From positions 585,482 through 649,481 of the forward strand of contig NW_014577067.1 of assembly GCF_000485595.1 (NCBI RefSeq): a DNA stretch of 64,000 bases, given 5' to 3'. The notes under the pieces are model-generated. The model saw nothing but the letters and a program-made list of their open reading frames with translations, ran no database searches and was not told the DNA's origin. Positions 1 to 12,554 of this stretch are shown piece by piece. Within the stretch, counting starts at the first letter, position 1, and each line of letters starts with the position of its first letter. Source of the DNA: Priapulus caudatus (lineage: Eukaryota). The position numbers and the translations under genes were made by a program.

Positions 1-38
1 GTGTGGGTGTGTGTGTGTGGGTGTGTGTGTGTGTGTGT

Positions 39-79
<41 letters not shown>

Positions 80-85
80 TGTGTG
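1..85. repeat. (GT)n microsatellite
   Basis: Direct inspection. Confidence 0.95.
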
Positions 86-298
86 CTACCTATGTGGCCG
101 CCATGCTGATCCATGGGATGAGAAACCGGACTTTCGCCCAGATCAATATAAAGTAAGGGCCTGTGTTACTCGTGATCGGCTCATCATCAATTCGTTATGA
201 ATGCTTACCCATAGATATCCTGTAATATATGTGGGTCCTATGATGCACACGTACATATAAGACATCTGATTTTATAATTCATATGATCTTTATTAAAA

Positions 299-1351
299 TT
301 ATTCAACGGGATAGCCGTCCCAATCCAGGCGTATAGTATTTGCAGAGAATTGTCCGTACGCTTCATTCCATGCAGCCAAAGGCTCAAAATCGCATTTTCC
401 CGTGTTTCTTAGTCTTGTCTTGCTTGTCGTCTCGATTGCCCGTCGCACGCACGCGAGTGTTTTGCTGGCGGGCAGGTTTGCGTACAACGTGAACAGATTG
501 TGTGTAGCCATGAAGTAATTCTGGTAGTATTCGATACTCATGGCATTCCGCCGCAGAAAATCTTTAGTAATCCAGGAATTCATGACAACATTCTGGTTCA
601 ATATATATGGAAGAAACTGACCAGTGTCTGCAGTTATATTTATCGTTGTCAGCAACCATTGTGTGAATTTCCTCCAGATACTCGGCATAGGAGCGTAGCC
701 GCTGTTTGAACAAAAGCGATAAAGAAAAGCCGTCTGATTCTCACAAACCGTGCATATGGGGTCGCGGTGCGTCAGGAGCATTTGGCCAGCTACTAACGTC
801 TCCCTGGACAGCGCAACGCCTCCAATCTCACGATGACCGCTGTAGGCGATAATGGCGGCTTTCAGCCACCGATAGTAATGTGGTGAGAGACGTTGATCGT
901 CTTCTAGTATCAGTCCGTAGTTACCGGGAGAGTCGTCCGGTTTCCAGCAGTCTAACCATTGCATGGTCACGCCGACGTTACGAGGGCGCACTGTCAACAC
1001 TTTCTCACCGTACGTGAACTGGAATCGCCCGGCCACCCGCACGGTCTGTCGATGTCCGGATAGCTCGTCACCAGCCTTCGCTCCATCGATGCAGATGTGC
1101 AGCGTGATGCTGTCGTGATCGTACTCCGCATTCTCCAGTGATTGTAGCAGACGCGACAGCGAGCCTGGACTATTGTACGTGAGCACTGTCACCTCCAGGT
1201 GAAAACTCTCTTTTTTACTCTTTTCAGAGTATCGCAAATTGTTTTTGTAGCCATTATTGACGTACACTTGCAGTAACTCAATCACGAATATTGCACCCAC
1301 TATAGTTCGTAAGCTAACCAACTTAAACACAGCTATACATGCACGCTCCAT
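299..1351 (-). CDS. Intronless type II membrane glycosyltransferase-like protein (GT-A / GT2-like fold), 350 aa
   Basis: Single ATG-to-TAA ORF; N-terminal hydrophobic anchor (IVGAIFVIELLQVYV); GT-A-like motifs VTVLTYNS..SLSRLLQSL..AEY, ICID, QWLDCW, LILEDD..LSPHYYRWL; AATAAA (TTTATT 289-294) just after the stop. Confidence 0.8.
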   Translation of the reverse strand: MERACIAVFKLVSLRTIVGAIFVIELLQVYVNNGYKNNLRYSEKSKKESFHLEVTVLTYNSPGSLSRLLQSLENAEYDHDSITLHICIDGAKAGDELSGHRQTVRVAGRFQFTYGEKVLTVRPRNVGVTMQWLDCWKPDDSPGNYGLILEDDQRLSPHYYRWLKAAIIAYSGHREIGGVALSRETLVAGQMLLTHRDPICTVCENQTAFLYRFCSNSGYAPMPSIWRKFTQWLLTTINITADTGQFLPYILNQNVVMNSWITKDFLRRNAMSIEYYQNYFMATHNLFTLYANLPASKTLACVRRAIETTSKTRLRNTGKCDFEPLAAWNEAYGQFSANTIRLDWDGYPVE

Positions 1352-1720
1352 ATTATATTAAACTCAAGATGTGGTTTAAACTGCAGCGATGTCTCGTAAG
1401 TTATTGCGATTCACGTTCAGTTGAATTCTGTACCGAGACCTTGAATATTAGGCCTAACGGTGAGGAAGCGCAACTAACCGTTGACATAAAAATAAAAAAC
1501 TACGCGGGAAACGGTTCAGACGCAGCGCTTGACCAAAAGGAAAAATACATTTGTTTACGTATGCGTGTCTCTGTATGGTCGTTCACCCGGACAGGGATGC
1601 GTGTAGCTCTAGTACTATAGCCCTTGTTGGCACAGGGCAAACTATTTGCAGAGGGCAAACATGCAATGCGCATCAGCCCAGCTCACGCAAACAAACGTTA
1701 TTATTTTTAAAGATCTCTGT

Positions 1721-2480
1721 CACACACACACGCGCGCACGCACACGCACACGCGCACGCACACGCACACGCACACGCGCACGCACACGCACACGCACACG
1801 CACACACACAGACACACACACACACACACGCACGAACACGCACACGCACGCACGCACACACGCACGCACGCATGCACACACACACCACAGGCAGCAGAGA
1901 CACAGACGCCGCGCGTACCGCGCACAACGCATACGCACACGCACACGGCACAACACTATACTAATACCCCTTGTTGGCACAGCGGCAAACTAGTTTGCAG
2001 AGGACAAACATGGCAATGTGCACAGCCTGCTCACGCCAAACAAACGTTATTATTTTTAAAGATTTCTCTCCACACCACGCACGCGCGCGACGCACACGCA
2101 TAGCACGCGCAGCCGCCACACACACAGCCACGCACACACGACACAGACACGACGCACACGACGCACGCACGCATTGCAACACACACCACACAGCTACCGA
2201 CACACAGACACAAGACACAGACCGCCGCGGCCATACCACGCCACGACCATACGCACGACGCACGCGCACGCCAACGGACCACAACGCACACATGCCACAC
2301 GCACACAGCAGACACGCCACGACCACACCGCACAACACAGACACGGTACGCCGCAACCGCCACGCACTCACACACAACTCAGCACTACGCCGCACGCACG
2401 CACGCACGCACACACGAAGACACACACACGAGCACACCATTGTTTGGCCACACACCACACACACCACATATATATATATA
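1721..2480. repeat. (CA)n/(CACG)n low-complexity tract; 1964-2070 is a noisy repeat of 1617-1720
   Basis: CA/CACG runs; cccttgttggcacag..caaacgttattatttttaaagat occurs twice. Confidence 0.85.
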
Positions 2481-3428
2481 GTAATAATAATAATATGCAC
2501 AATACATGTGTAAATTTAGTAGTTCAGTACCTACTAAACACTGAATAAGTGCAGTTATTATCAGGTGATCAACTGTGAACTAATGAGCAAATACACTTTA
2601 TAGATACACAGGGCCAGCAGCTGGTTTGCTGCTGGGTCTTGTAATAGCTGACCAATACACTTGGTAACGGAGCTGTGTGTGGAATTACGAAATAAAATAT
2701 TTCGTCTATCCACAGGATTTCTTTTCCTGTGGGTCGAAATTTTGAACGTGGTTTTTAATTGCTGGAGACTGAATCTGGTGCCGATCGCAAAAATATGGTA
2801 GGCACCCAAGAGAAAATTCTCGATCGGATCGGAAGATGTGTGTGAAATTACTTGTAGTTCCAATTATTTTGTGAGGAAACAGAGAACTAGGAAGTGGACG
2901 TCAAAAATAAATATATGAACCCTAATAAAACAACGCCACTCTGTACATGTGTCCCTCGACCTTTTCCCTACTCCTTCCTCTCCCAACCACCTCCAGCCTT
3001 CACAGTTCGCTTTTCTGCTCTTGCCACTCCTCCGCCTCCACTGTTCCTTTCCTTCCCCATTATATTTTCCCACATTCTCCTACCCTCCACCTCCTACAAT
3101 ATTCTCTACATCAGTCACCCTTCATTTCTTTTCCATACACGCCCACTTGGCTCTCTCCCTTCCTTTCTGGCTTTCCACCTTTGCGTGAATCTGTACCCCA
3201 TCTCAACTTTCTCCATATCCCTCCTCCTTCTCATCCATCATATTATTTCCTCCCTTTTGCTGAGCCACCTTTTCAGGGCCGGCTTCAGAAATGGTGAGGC
3301 CCTAAGCTATGGGAAGCTATACATGCCCTATTTGGCAATTGTAAACAGAGAATAAGGCTGTTAACAACTGAACTTGGCAAGAATGCCGCCAATATGCATA
3401 ACAAGCTCGTGCGGGGTTGCGGGAAGGG

Positions 3429-3511
3429 TAGATACAATAATGTCACCCAACTAGAGTAGGGGTGGTTATATAATGTAACCCTACTCTTGTTGGGTTACAT
3501 TACTGTAGCTA
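3429..3511. mobile_element. Minimal hairpin MITE (TAGATACAATAATG termini), same family as 53617-54262
   Basis: Terminal inverted repeats tagatacaataatg..cccaac..gagtaggg / ccctactcttgttgggttacattactgtagcta; gggaaggg on both flanks. Confidence 0.65.
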
Positions 3512-3837
3512 GGGGAAGGGTTGCTCCTTTCGAACTTGTATGCCTATGTTGACAATATGCCTGCTGTTACTCAGTTTCAAGACATTTATTAACAGAAATA
3601 TAATACTGGAAATTCGTACCCAGTGAGTCGATTAAATGAATGTAAGCCAAGGCAAGCCCAATCAATAAGGAGTAAATTATTAGCTAGAAGATTAGTTCTT
3701 ATTTTGATCTCTAGGAGGCGCGTGCTCCCTGTTGCATGTTTTGATTTCTACTTAGAAGAATATATACATTGGTGTCTATTGCATCTAACAAGGTATTTGA
3801 CGATAATCCTGCCTACGTTCCATAAAACTAAAATTAG

Positions 3838-3915
3838 CCTCGATTGCCCGGCGCACGTACGCGAGCGTATTGCTGGCGGGCAGGTTTGCGTACAACGTGA
3901 ACAGATTGTGGGTAT
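3838..3915 (-). pseudogene. Relic fragment of a paralog of the 299-1351 glycosyltransferase
   Basis: Encodes THNLFTLYANLPASNTLAYVRRAIE versus THNLFTLYANLPASKTLACVRRAIE at ~430-505. Confidence 0.75.
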
Positions 3916-3950
3916 AACCTAGACCGACCAGGCTGTGCGACCAGATAACA

Positions 3951-4600
3951 TGCTGACCTTGGGCCAACGTTGGCCCAACGGCTGTCTTCAGCCCATGTAA
4001 TGCCATCGTTGGCCCAACGGATTTTTGCTCGGCGGGGCAACGTTGGCAGCCGACGTTGGCAGCCGACGTTGGCCCAACATTGGCCCAACGTTGGGCCAAC
4101 GTCGGGCCAACGTTTGCCCAACGTCATTTTGCCAACGTTGGCCGGAACGGATTTTTGCACGGCGGGCCAACGTTGGCCCAACGTCATATTGCCAACGTTG
4201 GCCCAACGTCATATTTCCAACGTTGGCCCAACGTCATATTGCCAACGTTGGCCCAACGTCATATTTCCAACGTTGGCCCAACGTCATTTGCCAACGTTGG
4301 CCCTACGGATTTTTGCTCGGCGGGCGAACGTTGACCCAACGTCGGCCAGCCAACGTTGGCCCAACGTCATTTTGCCAACGTTGGCCCTACGGATTTTTGC
4401 TCGGCGGGCCAACGTTGACCCAACGTCGACCAGCCAACGTTGGCCCAACGTCTTTTTGCCAACGTTGGCCCAACGGATTTTTGGTCTGCGCGCCAACGTT
4501 GGTCCAACGTCCTATTGCCAACGTCAGACAGCCAACCTTGGCCCAACGTCAGACAGCCAACGTTGGCCCAACGGCTTTTTGTTCAGCGTGCCAACGTTGA
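3951..4600. repeat. Array of palindromic GCCAACGTTGGCCCAACGTC units; probable subterminal repeats of a CCCAG-ended (EnSpm/CACTA-like) DNA transposon
   Basis: Dozens of CCAACGTTGG palindromes following ccagataacatgctgaccttgggccaac; analogous AATATT-core array ending GCTGGGT at 57495-57584. Confidence 0.7.
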
Positions 4601-4949
4601 TTTCCCGCTCAAACACTCCCTCTTTGATTTTCTCTCTCTCTCTCTCTCTCTCTCTTCTCCTCACACACACACACACACAAAACAACCATAACCCTACACG
4701 CACGGCGCACGCGCGCGCCCCCCCAAACACCCCCTTTCTCCTCTCTCTCACACGCCACACACACGGCACACGACACAGCACCACACACACCACACGACAG
4801 CGACACACACGGTGGCGGGGCGCACTAACCTCTCTCCTCGCTCTCTCTACTCTCCTCTCTCTGTCAGGTCTCTCCTCATCTGACACATAGCAACACTCCC
4901 TCTCTGGTCACTCTCTCACTCTCTCAGCTCACAGCGTCACACGGCGCAA

Positions 4950-6000
4950 CGCCCTCCAAATGCCACGATAACCGGCTGTCCGGCGATAAGTGGCGCTTCA
5001 GCCAACCCGATAGTTAATGTGGTGAGAGACGTAGACTCGTCTTGCTAGTATCAGTCGTAGTTACCGGGAGAGTCGTACTCGGTCTTCCAGCAGTCTAACT
5101 GCATTGCAATGGTCACGTCGACTTTCGCGAGGCGCTCTGTAAACTTTCTCAACCCGTACTGACCCGGATCGCCCCGCACGCCGCACGGTCAGTCACGATG
5201 TCTGGATAGCCGTCACGCACCCCCACAACCCGCAGCCCCACCTTCGCTCCATGCGACTGCAATGATGGGCAGCGTGGCATGCCGTAGTAGATCGTACCTA
5301 CACCGCCAGTCCCTCTCCCACGTGATTGTTAGGCATGGCACCGCGACAGCGAGCCCGTGGACTACTTGCTACGTGACGCACCTGCACCCCACGCTTCCAG
5401 GTGAGAACTCTCTTTTTTAAAACTCTTTTCGAAGAGTGATCGCAAATGTTTCGTATGCCAATTACGACCGTAGACCAACTTGCCAGTAACCTCACTCCAG
5501 AATATCTGCACCAGCCACCTATAGGTTCGTAAGCTAACCAACCTTTAAACACAAAGCCATCAATGACTGCCACAGAGAAGCGCCCCATATAATCCAGACA
5601 CTACTATACTATTATATTAATGGTCTCGTAAGTCTATATGCGATTCACGTTCAGACTTGAATTCTAAGTAGGCCGAGACCTGAGTATTAAGGCCTAACGG
5701 TGAGAAAGCGCAAAACCTAACCCGCTTGACACAATAAAAGAATACAGAAAACTTACGGCGGGAAACCTGTCAGACGCAAGCGCGCTGACCAAAGAAAATA
5801 CATCTTTGTTACGTATGCGTGTCTTTTGTATGGCTCGTCACGGGTGGCAACGCGGACAGGGATGCGTGAAGCTCTAGTACTATAGCCCTTGTTGCACCAC
5901 GGGCAAACTATTTGGCAGAGGGCAAACACATGCAATGCGCAACCAGCTCAGACGCTCACGCAAACAAACGTTTAATTATTTTTAAAGAATCATCTGTCAC
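4950..6000 (-). other. Indel-riddled duplicate of ~822-1720 (5' half and promoter of the glycosyltransferase); likely raw long-read gap fill
   Basis: Colinear with 822-1720 but with frequent single-base insertions. Confidence 0.8.
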
Positions 6001-6199
6001 CACACCCCGCGGCCCGCCACTGCCTGAGGTCGCGGAGGGACCAGCATGCGCGTTTCCCGCAAATCTCCGGTAAAGGTATTTATTCGCCAGCGAACACACG
6101 AAAATCCGGCCCACAGAATTGGCAAAAGGGGTAGTATTTGACTTTTCACCCGGATATGTCTTAACAAGTGGCCGCATGCGGACAGCGACTCCGTGCCCC

Positions 6200-7500
6200 A
6201 ATACTAACTCTTCACTCGCGGTGACCTCTGTGTGGATTGGTGGGATTCTAGTAAACCCTGTTAGTCCGCAAATGTGTTCACGATACACGCCGATAAACAG
6301 TGAATGCACAGTGATGGTATCAGGACCTTCTCCAAAGAACTGTCGTTGAGATCGTTTAATGTAAAGTTGCCACCGAGAATGGCGCGTACGTTTAAGTGTC
6401 CTTCAGATTAAAGAGTTGGAAGCTCAGCCATCATACGTGGTAGCAACAATATCCCTGCAAGAACAGAATAGGTAACACCATCCATTTACCTTGACGACAA
6501 GCCTACCAGGCTGCGCATAGAGAGACGCCCACCTGTAGCCAATTTAAGGCAAAAACATCCACAGTCACACAACACATGCACTGCAGTAGCCACTGCGCAG
6601 TGGCATACGTTACATGTAACATACTGACACCTACGAAATGCCAAATATAAATATACAACGATTTAAGGAGGCCATAAACCTTACTTTACCAAATTTAGCT
6701 TTTGAAACTTTCACTGGTGACACTTTGTAATGCCTCATAACATTCCAGCATGTATACTGATTGCTACGTCGACGGCAACGACCCGGCCCCGTCCAAATTC
6801 TGTGTCTAACAGCAGCACGTATGCACAACAAATCGCAACTGCTTTAACCCCTGACCCTCCTCTTCGAAGGTCAAAAGGTATAGCGACTCATCCGCCCAAC
6901 ACCTCCACTCACCCCTTCCAGACTCAACAACATGTGCCACCAGAAAGTCGATTCATGTCTTTCAATAATGCCATAAAGAATGCAGTCAACGCTGAAAAAC
7001 AAAAAAGTTTTCAAATCGCCTACCCGTCGAGATCCGATGTCCTCAGAAAAGTTAAAATCTAGCCCTGTGGCCCGCAATCATGACCTTTGGCACTGTGGAC
7101 CTCACTAATTTCGCACAGTGATGGCTTTTCCTACCCATGAAATGGCTATACACCCGACTAATCACGGCAGCCTAGGTCCGAGACGAGACCGTTTAGATTT
7201 GCTGCCCGCAATGTCTGCCATTTCCGTACCCTCCATAGCTTAAGCTTAAGGAGTGAATGTCCCCCTTCTTTTACAACTCTTGACCTTTCGACCCCCAGCT
7301 CGACAGCCAACTCGTTTGACGATCCCCCCCCAACGACCGACAATCGTGACCGTCACGCCAAGCACGGTTAAGCTTTGTGCCCAAACTCGTTGACCGGACG
7401 AAACCCGAGCGACCGGACGGACTGACGGACGCCCACACGACGATTCAAACGCGATTCTACAAGCTGCAGTCTGACTATGTTCAGATGAGCTAAAAAAGGG
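6200..7500 (+). other. Indel-riddled duplicate of ~9730-11172
   Basis: Shared anchors ggtgggattctagtaaaccctgttagtcc, accaaatttagcttttgaaa and gcgattctacaagctgca..cagatgagctaaaaa. Confidence 0.8.
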
Positions 7501-9684
7501 GTGTCTTTCCTCTCCTCGTCAATTTCATCTTGAATATCATAGACAAACTTATCAAATCACCAACGAGACCTAACACTCATCCTCGCGCAAATCCCCCCCC
7601 GCTAGTTAACTCTACTCGCAAACACCACTCATCTACAGGATTATTTAATTTTGAACTGTAAAAAACTAACGTACGCCGGCCGCCCCCCCCCCTCACCTTC
7701 ACCCCCATCACACTACACTAGCGCGAAACACTCCAACCGTACGTCGAGAGAGCTCATCCGCTACCATATAGACCAGTTCAAACCCCCCACCACCCCACGC
7801 CCGATACCCACTAACCGTCCACTACAACGCCGGTTGGAATGAGACAGCGACCTCACCATGACGCTAGGGGTACATTGAGGGCAGTGCTCTCCAGGATTTA
7901 GGCGGCGTTCTCCCCCAGGCAGAGGAAAACACCCCGCAAAAAACCCGCGAAAGGGGGTTCAGCGAAATAGTGAGCAGTCCTGAGATAGGGCGGGGTTCTT
8001 TCAAAGGGAGGGAACGAGGCACATAACCATTGCGTACCTAAATAACACTGAGTGGGGGGGGCGGTCCTGTCACACAACTACCACGCACCGCCGCATGCCA
8101 CACGCACAAAACAGCACACAGCACGACGCCCCACGCAGGCACGCACAGGCGCGACAACACACACACCACAACACACACACACACGACACACGACAACACA
8201 CACACAGCACACACCACACACACACACACACAACACACAACACAGGCAGCCCACCACGCGGCGCGTAACCAGACACGCGCGCGTACCCGCACCACCGCAT
8301 AGACGCGACACATCACGCACGACCGACGCACGGCTTCGGTTACGCCAGTCAGCCGAGGACGGGCAGGATCAGTCGACGTACCAACTGAGCCGAGGGAGTC
8401 GCGTGGAAGGCGATAGGGAGGCACCTGGAGAGTCGGGCCCGGCGCGCTCGAAGAGGAGGCCGGACGACGAGCACGGAGCAGCGAGGGGTACAATCTACAC
8501 TCGAGGCGGCACACACACGCACCAGCAGCGCACACACACTAATGTATGCCGTCTCTCGTTGGGGTGTTCCGATAATTTTGCTCCACAGCTGTGCAGCGCA
8601 GTGCTTGGTTGTGCTTTATACCCCGCCAGACCAGCAATGCTTTGGTGTGTGCGTGTGTGTCGCATGAAAGGATTTGGACCCGATCTAAAAGTTTGGTGCA
8701 GGTTTCCGATGAATCCCGAAGTTTCTTCGGGCACATATCTTTTTAGAAAATTGCCTCTAAAAGTCACTTTACCATCGAAAAATCGCGTTTTAACGTAGCG
8801 GAATGTATTCGGGACGTACAGAAGAGGCCCCAGCTCGATTCGCGTGAGAATACGTGGCATGGTTTCGGAGGAGATACGGAAAACGACACTTCGGCTCTTT
8901 CTACTATTATATAGTAGAGATATATATATATATATATATATATGAATGCCCAATATTCTTATGCAAGTACCCGAGAGCACATTTGAGATGGTGTGACACA
9001 TATCACATTTTTTACCAACAACCATTATTTATTTGCCATAAAAAACTATTGTATAATCATCCATTCATTGATAGAATTCAATTTCCTGGTTCTGCGAGTG
9101 GCATAAAATTAAGTATTGCAGAAAAATTCACACAGATACCCTCGCATAATGAACATATCTATATACTCAACTACAGCTACTACTACTACTTTAGTATCGA
9201 TATGTTCGTGCTCATGTGCACACACTCACATAGACACGCCATGGTTAGACGTGAACTACTAGTACACTCATAAACAGCTTGGCCACGTTTCCTGATCTAA
9301 AGCAGTGATACGGATGACAGAAAACTAGGATTAGGGCTATTGTCTGAAAGATTAGAATAAATATATCGACGGTGCACATGACATAAGTGGAATAAATGTG
9401 TATCTTTTTTTCTTTAAAAAAGTCAGTATGCCTGTTTTGCACAACGAACATTATATCATACGCTAGAATCATTCATCATTCCCGTTGAAGGAACAGATTC
9501 TTGCAGTCACAAATACTGTAAAATGGGAAAAAATATTTCGAATTTACCAAGCATTTTTAAATACCTATGAACATGAGCCGCGTTCACACGGAGCGTTCGT
9601 CCTGGGGCGAAAACGATCCGAGACTGACCCAGATCAAAAACGACACGGAGCGATCAGTTCTAGCTGCGAGCTGCGAGTTGAAAA

Positions 9685-11172
9685 AACAAGTGCCGCGGAG
9701 CGACAGCGCTCACCTAACGTCTACTGCAGTGACTCTGTGGTGGAGTGGTGGGATTCTAGTAAACCCTGTTAGTCCCAAATGTGTTCACATACGCGCCGAA
9801 ACAGTGGAAGGCACAGGGATGGTATCAGGAACCTTCTCAAAGGAATGTTCATTGGGATCGTTATGAAAGTTGCCACGAGATGGCGCATATGTTTAAGTGT
9901 CTTAAGATTAAAGATGAAAGCTCCCATCGTACGTAGTAGTAACAACTATTTGCAAGACAGAATAGGTAAGCACTCATCCATTTACCTACGCAAGCCTACA
10001 GGCTGAAATAGAGAGCTGCCACCTGTAACTAATTAATGCAGGCAAAAACTACAGAGTACCAGAGATGCCAACACTTTTCTGAGCAAACTGTAGTGAGGAT
10101 ATCTGAAATCTGTAGTACGAGGGTCACGCAGTGACCCAAGTATGTTAGGGGGGTTCGGGGCATGCCCCCGGGAAATTTTTGATTCCGAGATGCAATTTCC
10201 TGCATTCTGGGACCCAAAATGATAATAAGTTCACACTGATATTTGCTGCTAAATACATGTAGTTATTTTTAATCATGTTATATCAATGTAACACTGAAAC
10301 AAAACACTTAAAACATCATAAAAATGATTTTTTTTCCGATCGTAATAAAAATCGTAGTTGTATGCAAATTGGTCGTAATGGTCAAAATGCAAACGAAATT
10401 CGTATAAAATACGGATAAATCGTAGTGGTTGGCATCTCTGCAGTACTATCACCACCACATGCACTGGCAGTGGCATAAGTTACAGGTAACACACTGACAG
10501 TACAGAATGCCATAGAAATTATACGATTTAAGGAGCATAAACCTTCTTCAACCAAATTTAGCTTTTGAAATTTCACTGTGACATTGTAGCCTCATACATC
10601 CAGGCATGTATAGATTCTACTAGCAAACCCGGCAGTCAAATTCTTTCTAACAGTAATGTTTAACCCTCCTCTTGAGGGTCAAAAGGTGATCCGACACTTA
10701 CTCTTCGCATGTCAGCAGAAAGTACATTTCATGGTCCTTTCAATAAAGCCATAAAAATGCTCCGTCAGACCATGTTCTCAGAAAATGTCTAAAATCTGCC
10801 CTGTGCCCCATTGACCTTTGACCTGTGACCTCCAATTTCGGCACAGTGATGGCTTTTCCTACCATGATGCTATACACCAACTATCACGAGACTAGGTCAA
10901 GCCGTTTAGATTTGTGCCGCAATTCTTCATTTCCTCCCTATACCTTAAGTTAAGGAGGGAATGTTCCCCTTTCTTTTAAACTTCTTGACCTTTGACCTTT
11001 GCCCCCCAGCTTCGACATCCCAACTCGTTTTCGGATTACCCCTCCACGTCCCGAATATCGTGACCGTACGTCGAGCGGTTAAGATTTGTGCCCAACTGTT
11101 GACGGACGGACGGACGGCCGGACAATCATGCGATTCTACAAGCTGCACCCGACTACGTCAGATGAGCTAAAA
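9685..11172 (+). mobile_element. Helentron-associated non-autonomous element (HINE/DINE-1-like)
   Basis: 5' AACAAGTGCCGC..GAGCGAC, conserved core tttaaccctcctcttgagggt..., TGACCTT motifs, (GACG)n microsatellite, 3' hairpin (c)gactacgtcagatgagct then an A-run; four clean copies in the window. Confidence 0.7.
10060..10440. mobile_element. hAT-like MITE nested in the HINE
   Basis: TIRs cagagatgccaac / gttggcatctctg; imperfect 6-bp flanks gagtac/cagtac. Confidence 0.65.
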
Positions 11173-12554
11173 ACAATGCATCCACGTGAACAATACGAAT
11201 TAAACAATCAACGCACAGCAACTCTGTGTAAACTCTGGCTCTCGACACTGGCGACGTCTACCGCCGTACTCATTCTGATCAGGGACGTGTGCCGGTGCTC
11301 GGGTCGTTTTTGTACCGAGAAAAAGTCCGTGTGAACGCTTGGCCCAGGACGCATTTGACACGGGTCGTTTCGCTCCATGTGAACGCAGCTATGGTCCCTT
11401 CATGGATGTAGGATTAGGATCATGATAATTAACTACACTACCTCTAATCCTATATCCATGGTCGTTACTTCCTTATTGTTGTATTACTTTATCTTTAGTT
11501 AAAGGTTTCCTGCATGTAAAATAGCACACACTGCCATTACTGTGGCACACACTGTAACACAGAGAATCCACAATACTGGCAAGCAGCTAAGCTATTTTTT
11601 GTTTTTCAACATCTGGTTTACGAAACCCATATGACTAGGAGAAAAAACAACAATACCAGACCTGCAATACCCACCAAAATAATTTAGTGTTATAACTTTC
11701 TATCCGAGACCGATTCCAACTATGTACAATGAAGATACAAATGTGTACGTCCAGCAACTTGCTAACAACATAATACATTATCACTCTTCCGTTCTCATCG
11801 GGTGCCTAGACACGAGGTCATGTAGGCAGAGGCTATCCACTCTCCACACTCACATAAGAGTGAGATGTTACCAGCAGAACCATGGACTGTCAAGCTGAGT
11901 AAGATCTTATAATAGCAGATTCAGTAATTGCTGTTTCACCTGCATATCAAACAGCCCATCTAATTAATTATAAATATATTGATTGTTGAACCATTGGAGT
12001 CACCTACTTAATGTTTACTTTCATGAGTAGGGGAATTAAGTTAACAAAAATTGCCATCATAAGGAATATTACAGGTGTACTCTTTGATAGGCAATACAGT
12101 AGTTTCTACCCACAAAAATATTAAGCTTGTGAAATTGCATTCCACGTCAAGTTGATTCTGTCATGGTGGCACCTACTTTTGCTACCAAAACCAGTAAATG
12201 ATATACAATATAGCAGCACATATCACACAATTACACTCAAATGCTATAAAAAGCAGAAATCTCCAAGTGCTGCCACCTAGTGCAATGACTAGAGCATGCA
12301 AACTCTGTTGGCAATAGACTACATGCCTAGCTACTGACTTGTTCTGCAAGCTCTCACCGCCCCCATTCTGGTAACCTGATATTTTAAGGAACGGTTGTGC
12401 ATTCTTGTAGCCTCCTAGCAACTTTATTGCCACAGTCCAGTCTTAGAGCAGACTGCATAGCAGGGACATAGCAACATGGCCGATGTAACGCAAGACCTAC
12501 TGACCTATGGCTGTCCGAGGTCTGCAGCTTTAGCAACAATCACTCAGCCAGCAT

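Larger units (their letters stand above)
9576..11390. mobile_element. PIF/Harbinger-like MITE split by nested insertions
   Basis: TIRs agccgcgttcacacggagcg / cgctccatgtgaacgcagct; 3-bp TSD ATG. Confidence 0.65.

Noticed and set aside
1551..2548. His/Thr/Arg- and Cys/Val-rich ORFs (also 3-200, 8038-8798, 51581-51933)
   Set aside because: Translations of (CA)n/(GT)n microsatellites and noisy sequence.
3951..4600. CRISPR-like array, or the 306-aa and 191-aa ORFs over it
   Set aside because: No unique spacers, no cas genes, eukaryotic context; the ORFs are by-products of a stop-poor palindromic repeat.
4950..5590. Real glycosyltransferase pseudogene
   Set aside because: The insertion-dominated error pattern over gene and promoter alike fits uncorrected long-read sequence; not fully excluded.
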